A stretch of DNA of 26,661 nt from Octopus sinensis. Its lineage: Eukaryota. How positions within the stretch are numbered: the first letter of the stretch is position 1; every line of letters begins with the position of its first letter. The notes under the pieces are model-generated. The model did no database searches. It was not told where the DNA came from and was given only the letters and a program-made list of their open reading frames with translations. The DNA is taken from assembly GCF_006345805.1 (NCBI RefSeq), contig NW_021835638.1, forward strand, positions 1-26,661, read 5' to 3'. The position numbers were made by a program, and so were the translations under genes. This document shows, one piece after another, positions 21,751-26,661 of the stretch.

Positions 21751-21968
21751 ATGTCTCCATCTGCTCGTTAAATCACTGTAAAAGAACAGTTCAGTTAGGA
21801 CCCGATTAGGGTTTCTATAACAATAACAAAATTCATAATTAACTCTACTTTTCATTCTTTCAGGGTCGCTAAAATAATGTACAGTCTAGAACTGGGCGAA
21901 AATGACTAGACTCTGCCGATTTTCCCTTCATTAAACCTTATCTACGATAGAACCCCTCCTCCTCCTCC

Positions 21969-21969
<1 letters not shown>

Positions 21970-22026
<57 letters not shown>

Positions 22027-22740
22027 TATTTCTATTTCTTGCCGAGTGTCTTCCCGACACCTAGAACAAAGAAACTCACTGTATACATTGGCAGGCCATT
22101 GAAATAAGCACATCAGAATTATGCATTTACAAAGTAAAATTATGTGATAGAAACAAATGGGCAAAGAAAGAAATTAAAAAATAGATAAAAAAAAAGGAAA
22201 AAATTAAAAAATGGAAAAGATTAAAAAGAAAACGAAGAAAAAAGCGGAAGAATGGAAACAAACTTCTCAATACGTGTGACGTACCTTTTAAACATGAACC
22301 TAATAAATAAATCAGTTACACGTGTTCTGTGTGCTTCTGCAAGCCAATCTTCTCTATCCACTCCTTGAGCCACTTCTTCGTCATTCTTAAGGATCCAATG
22401 ACAATTGTTACGACCTCACTTTTTTCTACAGCCTCATACTCTACTTATCTTTCTCTTCAGGTTCTGGTATACATCTTCCCTGTTGATTTCTTTTTCTTTT
22501 ATTCTTGCATGAAATGGAAAGGTCACATCAGTTATGTAGTAAGTCTTTTCCCTCTTCTCAAACGTCAAGATAACTGGTCTTTTATGCTCTAGGACACGAT
22601 CCGTTTGGATAGGAAAGTCTCATAGAAGTTTAACCTTACGATTCTACCTCACTTTATCAGGTGCATGTTGAAAGCACCCGTGACTTCAAGAAAGTCCATA
22701 TTTCTTACATATTTCCCAATGGATGACCTTTGAGACAGCA
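21970..22740 (-). mobile_element. R4/Dong-type LINE 3' fragment with 3' UTR and (TAA)n tail
   Basis: Minus-strand translation across frameshifts: VSKVIHWEICKKYGL...KVKLL*DFPIQTDRVLEHKRPVI...TDVTFPFHARIKEKE...VVTIVIGSL...GSCLKGTSHVLRSL. Ends in the (TTA)n tract at 21970-22022. Confidence 0.85.
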
Positions 22741-23554
22741 ATTTTTTAGTTCAGGTGGGCATTACGACTTTGATGGTTGATAACTGCCATGTTTTGGGGC
22801 AAGAATTTAATTCGGCGAAAGAGCGTTTTACTTGTATATCTTGGGTTCGTAAGAAACATTGTTTCAGAAAATCACTGCTTAGCGCTCCCAGCTTATAATT
22901 TATTTACGGTTAGCGACCGACTAGCGTACGACGTACGGCGATGGGGATAACATGAGAGAGATTGCCTCTCTTATCAGCTCGCAGCCCCACCGCGCGGTTT
23001 CTGTTGTGACTGAAGAGAAGATAACCACACCGAAATATTTGCATTTCAAAGTCTGGATAGGTGGTGCTGCGAGCTGATTTCGGTGCATGTACACCATTTG
23101 TTTACAACAAAAAATTTTCTCCATGACAAAACACAGGAAATAGCTTGTTTACGAAGTTCGAATGTACCACCAGCATATTCGAACTGGTTACAACATTGCA
23201 TGCATACACAGCACTGCTTAGCGCTCCCACCTCATAATTAATAATAAGTGAAAAAAAGAAGAAGAAAAGAGAGTGTTCCTAAAGTATATAGTTAATACAG
23301 CAGAAAACGAAATGTGCATCAACATTTCTCTTAACAACAAAAAAGATCTTAACTATAAAATTTAAATTACTGTGCAAGACGTTATAGAGAAAAGCTTCAT
23401 ACACTCCAGGTAAAGATCTTCCTTTAGGGAAGAACGAAGGATCTCGAACGGTTGTACATGCTTTACTTTCTTCTCTGAAGACAAACTTCTTGTCTGAATC
23501 GTTGAAAACTTTCCCTTACAACGAAATAACAAATTTTGATATACTTTTACGTCG

Positions 23555-23756
23555 ATTCTTTTACTTGTTTCAGTCATTTGACTGTGGCCGTGCTGGATCA
23601 CCGCCTTTAGTCGAGAAAATCGACCCGAGGATTTATTCCTTGTAAGCCTAGTACTTATTCTAACGGTCTCTATTGCCGAACCGCTAAGTTACGGGGACGT
23701 AAACACACCAGCATCGGTTGTCAAGTGATGTTAGGGGTACAAACACAGATACACAA

Positions 23757-23838
<82 letters not shown>

Positions 23839-24000
23839 TACGATAGGCTTCTTTCAGTTTCCGTCTATCAAATCCACTCACGAGGCTTTGCTCGGCCCGA
23901 GGCTATGGTAGAAGACACTTGCCCAAGGTGCCATGCAGTGGGACTGAACCTAGAACCATGTGGTTGGTAAGCAAGTTACTTACCACACAACCACTCCTGT
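23555..24000 (-). mobile_element. tRNA-derived SINE family B, full length
   Basis: Reverse-complement homologue of 10149-10558, with a longer internal (TA)n(TG)n. Confidence 0.92.
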
Positions 24001-24286
24001 GGCAGACCTGTCTCTGACTTTTTTTTCTTTTAAAGTCATAGCTACACACACTCACACACACACGCGCGCAAACACACAAAAGCACGCATACACACATGTA
24101 TGTGTATACATATATAAACATGTTACAATCTGAAGAACAATAGCAACTCGAAGCTTCAGAAACACCGTCAAACTTCTTGTAAAACAAAGTTTAATAAGCA
24201 TGTACTCTACACAAAAGCAGTATCGAGCAATTCTTCAATTTACTATTAACTTCTTTGTATATATAACTTGACTTACAAACATTAAG

Positions 24287-24363
<77 letters not shown>

Positions 24364-24612
24364 AATCTGTACATACATACACAAACGCAAACATATGCAC
24401 ATACATACACACATACATACAACATATATACATACATACATGCATTCATACATGCATACATACATACATACATACATACATTAATACATACGTACATGCA
24501 TTCATACATACATACATACAAACATACATACATACATACATACATACAAACATACATACATACATACATGCATTCATGCATACATACATACATACATACA
24601 TACATACATACA

Positions 24613-24645
<33 letters not shown>

Positions 24646-25402
24646 CGTATACATATGAGATATATACTTATTGATTATGACACAATATATATATCCTTTT
24701 TTGTTATTGCTTTTTATTATGTCTAGATTTTATTGTTTACATATTTCATGATACATGTTAATAAATAGTCTAAGCCTCACGCATGTTCAGAAGAGTGCAT
24801 ATATGTTTGACTATGCATATATACATACATACAATCATACATACATGCATGCATACATACAATCATACATACATGCAATCATACATACATACATACAATC
24901 ATACAATCATACATACATACATACATGCATACATACATACAAAAATACATACAATCATACATACATACATGCATACATACATGCATACATACATACATAC
25001 ATACATACATACATACACACATACATGCATGCATTCATACATACATACATACATACATACATACATACATACATACATACATCATACATACATGCATACA
25101 TACATACGTACATATGTATATGCATGTATATTTATATACAGATATGTTGGTATACAAATATACATACACACACAAACATATGTAAGGGTGTATGCAGATG
25201 TGTATCAATAGTTGTATGTCAATATGTGTGTGCGTGTGAGAATAAATGTGGAGTGTCAAACTGACGCGGAGAGGTATGATTCATCAAACGGTGATTGATA
25301 TCGATATACAGAATAATAGAGGGATATTGATTTCTGTCGCTCTCATTATACGTATGTATGTGTGTATATGTGTATGTGTGTGTGTGTGCGTGTATGTATG
25401 TA

Positions 25403-25443
<41 letters not shown>

Positions 25444-25590
25444 AATATATGTATATATGTATGTGTATATATCTATCTATCTATATATATATATGTATGT
25501 GTATGCACATACATACATACATACAGATATAATATATGTATATATATATATATATATAATATTATTATATGTATGTATGTGCACATACAT
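24287..25590. repeat. Compound (CTAT)n/(CATA)n/(TA)n microsatellite field with short unique interruptions
   Basis: Directly visible. Confidence 0.9.
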
Positions 25591-25716
25591 ACACACACCG
25601 GATGACAGGTACGGAAGGATGAATGAATAAAATAATGAGGCATTTCTTTTACTTTTAATGGACTTAGAAAATATAGAAATTTGTTGTATATTGGAAATAA
25701 TAATGGTAATGACGAC

Positions 25717-25758
<42 letters not shown>

Positions 25759-25761
25759 AGT

Positions 25762-25930
25762 AATCCTTTCACATATAGGGACAAGACCTGAAATGTTGTT
25801 GGGAGGGGCCTTGTCAATTATATTGACGCAAGTACTCGACTGATGCTTATTTTATCGACCCACGACGGATGAAAGGCAAAGTCGACCACGGTGAATTTTG
25901 AACTCAGGATGTAAAGACGGACGAAATGCA
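25762..25930 (-). mobile_element. SINE family A, 5'-truncated
   Basis: TTATCGACCCACGACGGATGAAAGGCAAAGTCGACCACGGTGAATTTTGAACTCAG. Confidence 0.85.
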
Positions 25931-25984
25931 AACGGTATTTTAGCAACAACACAACAACAACAACAAAATAAAAATATTATTAAC

Positions 25985-26190
25985 GGCTTTAAATTTTAGC
26001 ACAAGGCCAGTAAATTAGAGGGGAGGGGCTAAGTCGATTACATCAGCCCCCAGCGTTCGACAGGTACTTATTTTATCGATCATGGCGGAGTTTAATCGAT
26101 ATAGTTGATCACGGCGGAATTTGAACTCAGAGCATAAAGACGGACGAAATGCCGTTAGCACTTTGCTCGTTGTGCTGACGATTCTGCAAA
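25985..26190 (-). mobile_element. SINE family A
   Basis: GCACAAGGCCAG...AAGTCGATTACATC...GGCGGAATTTGAACTCAGAGCATAAAGACGGACGAAATGCC...GCTGACGATTCTGC. Confidence 0.85.
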
Positions 26191-26379
26191 TATTTGTTTC
26201 TCCTTTAAGCACAAGGCCATCGAGTTTGATGGTAACGATTCTACCAGCCCGCTGTCGGTAACACCACCACCACCACCACCACCAACACCACCACCAACAC
26301 CACCACCGCCACCGCCACCACCACCACCACCACCACCATCAAAAACAACATTAATTTTTAAATACATATTTTATCTGTG

Positions 26380-26491
26380 AATTTGCGTGTGTAATCTGGG
26401 AATGCATACAATAAGCTTCTCTGCCCTAGGTCTATGGAAAACACTCGGCGAGAAACGGAAGAAAATTTGAAGAAAGAAGGAAAAAACATAA

Positions 26492-26540
<49 letters not shown>
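26380..26540 (+). mobile_element. Dong-like LINE 3'-terminal fragment with (TAA)n tail
   Basis: Close copy of 20908-21005, followed by (AAT)n. Confidence 0.75.
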
Positions 26541-26541
<1 letters not shown>

Positions 26542-26661
26542 TAAAAAAGAAAAGTTGAGGGATATGACTTACAAACATTAAGCTTTCTATCTATCTATCT
26601 ATCATCTATCTATCTGTACATTCATACATACATACATACATACATACATGCATACATACAT

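Noticed and set aside
23005-23045. CTGAAGA...CCGAAATATTT as a seventh hammerhead
   Set aside because: Stem II and stem I do not pair convincingly; mentioned only as a weak hint within the 22873-23239 finding.

Overview
This is a eukaryotic, AT- and microsatellite-rich window with no recognisable host gene, rRNA, true tRNA or CRISPR array. The SINE families resemble those of octopus/coleoid cephalopods (inference from recalled family sequences, not a database hit). Almost all listed ORFs are translations of simple repeats. The real content is a layered set of decayed mobile elements: Penelope-like element (PLE) remnants with GIY-YIG fragments, two Tc1/mariner transposons with TIRs, one CR1/L2-group LINE 3' fragment, a cluster of R4/Dong-type LINE fragments around (TAA)n tracts, and many tRNA-derived SINEs of two families. 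The least obvious signal is six minimal type I hammerhead-ribozyme motifs from about four sequence families. Four of them sit as outward-facing pairs in fold-back (inverted-arm) elements, and one family carries a compensatory U3-A8 core. Also notable are A-depleted/G-enriched patches resembling A-to-G hypermutation, and a hairpin-dense 339-bp unit bounded by direct repeats.
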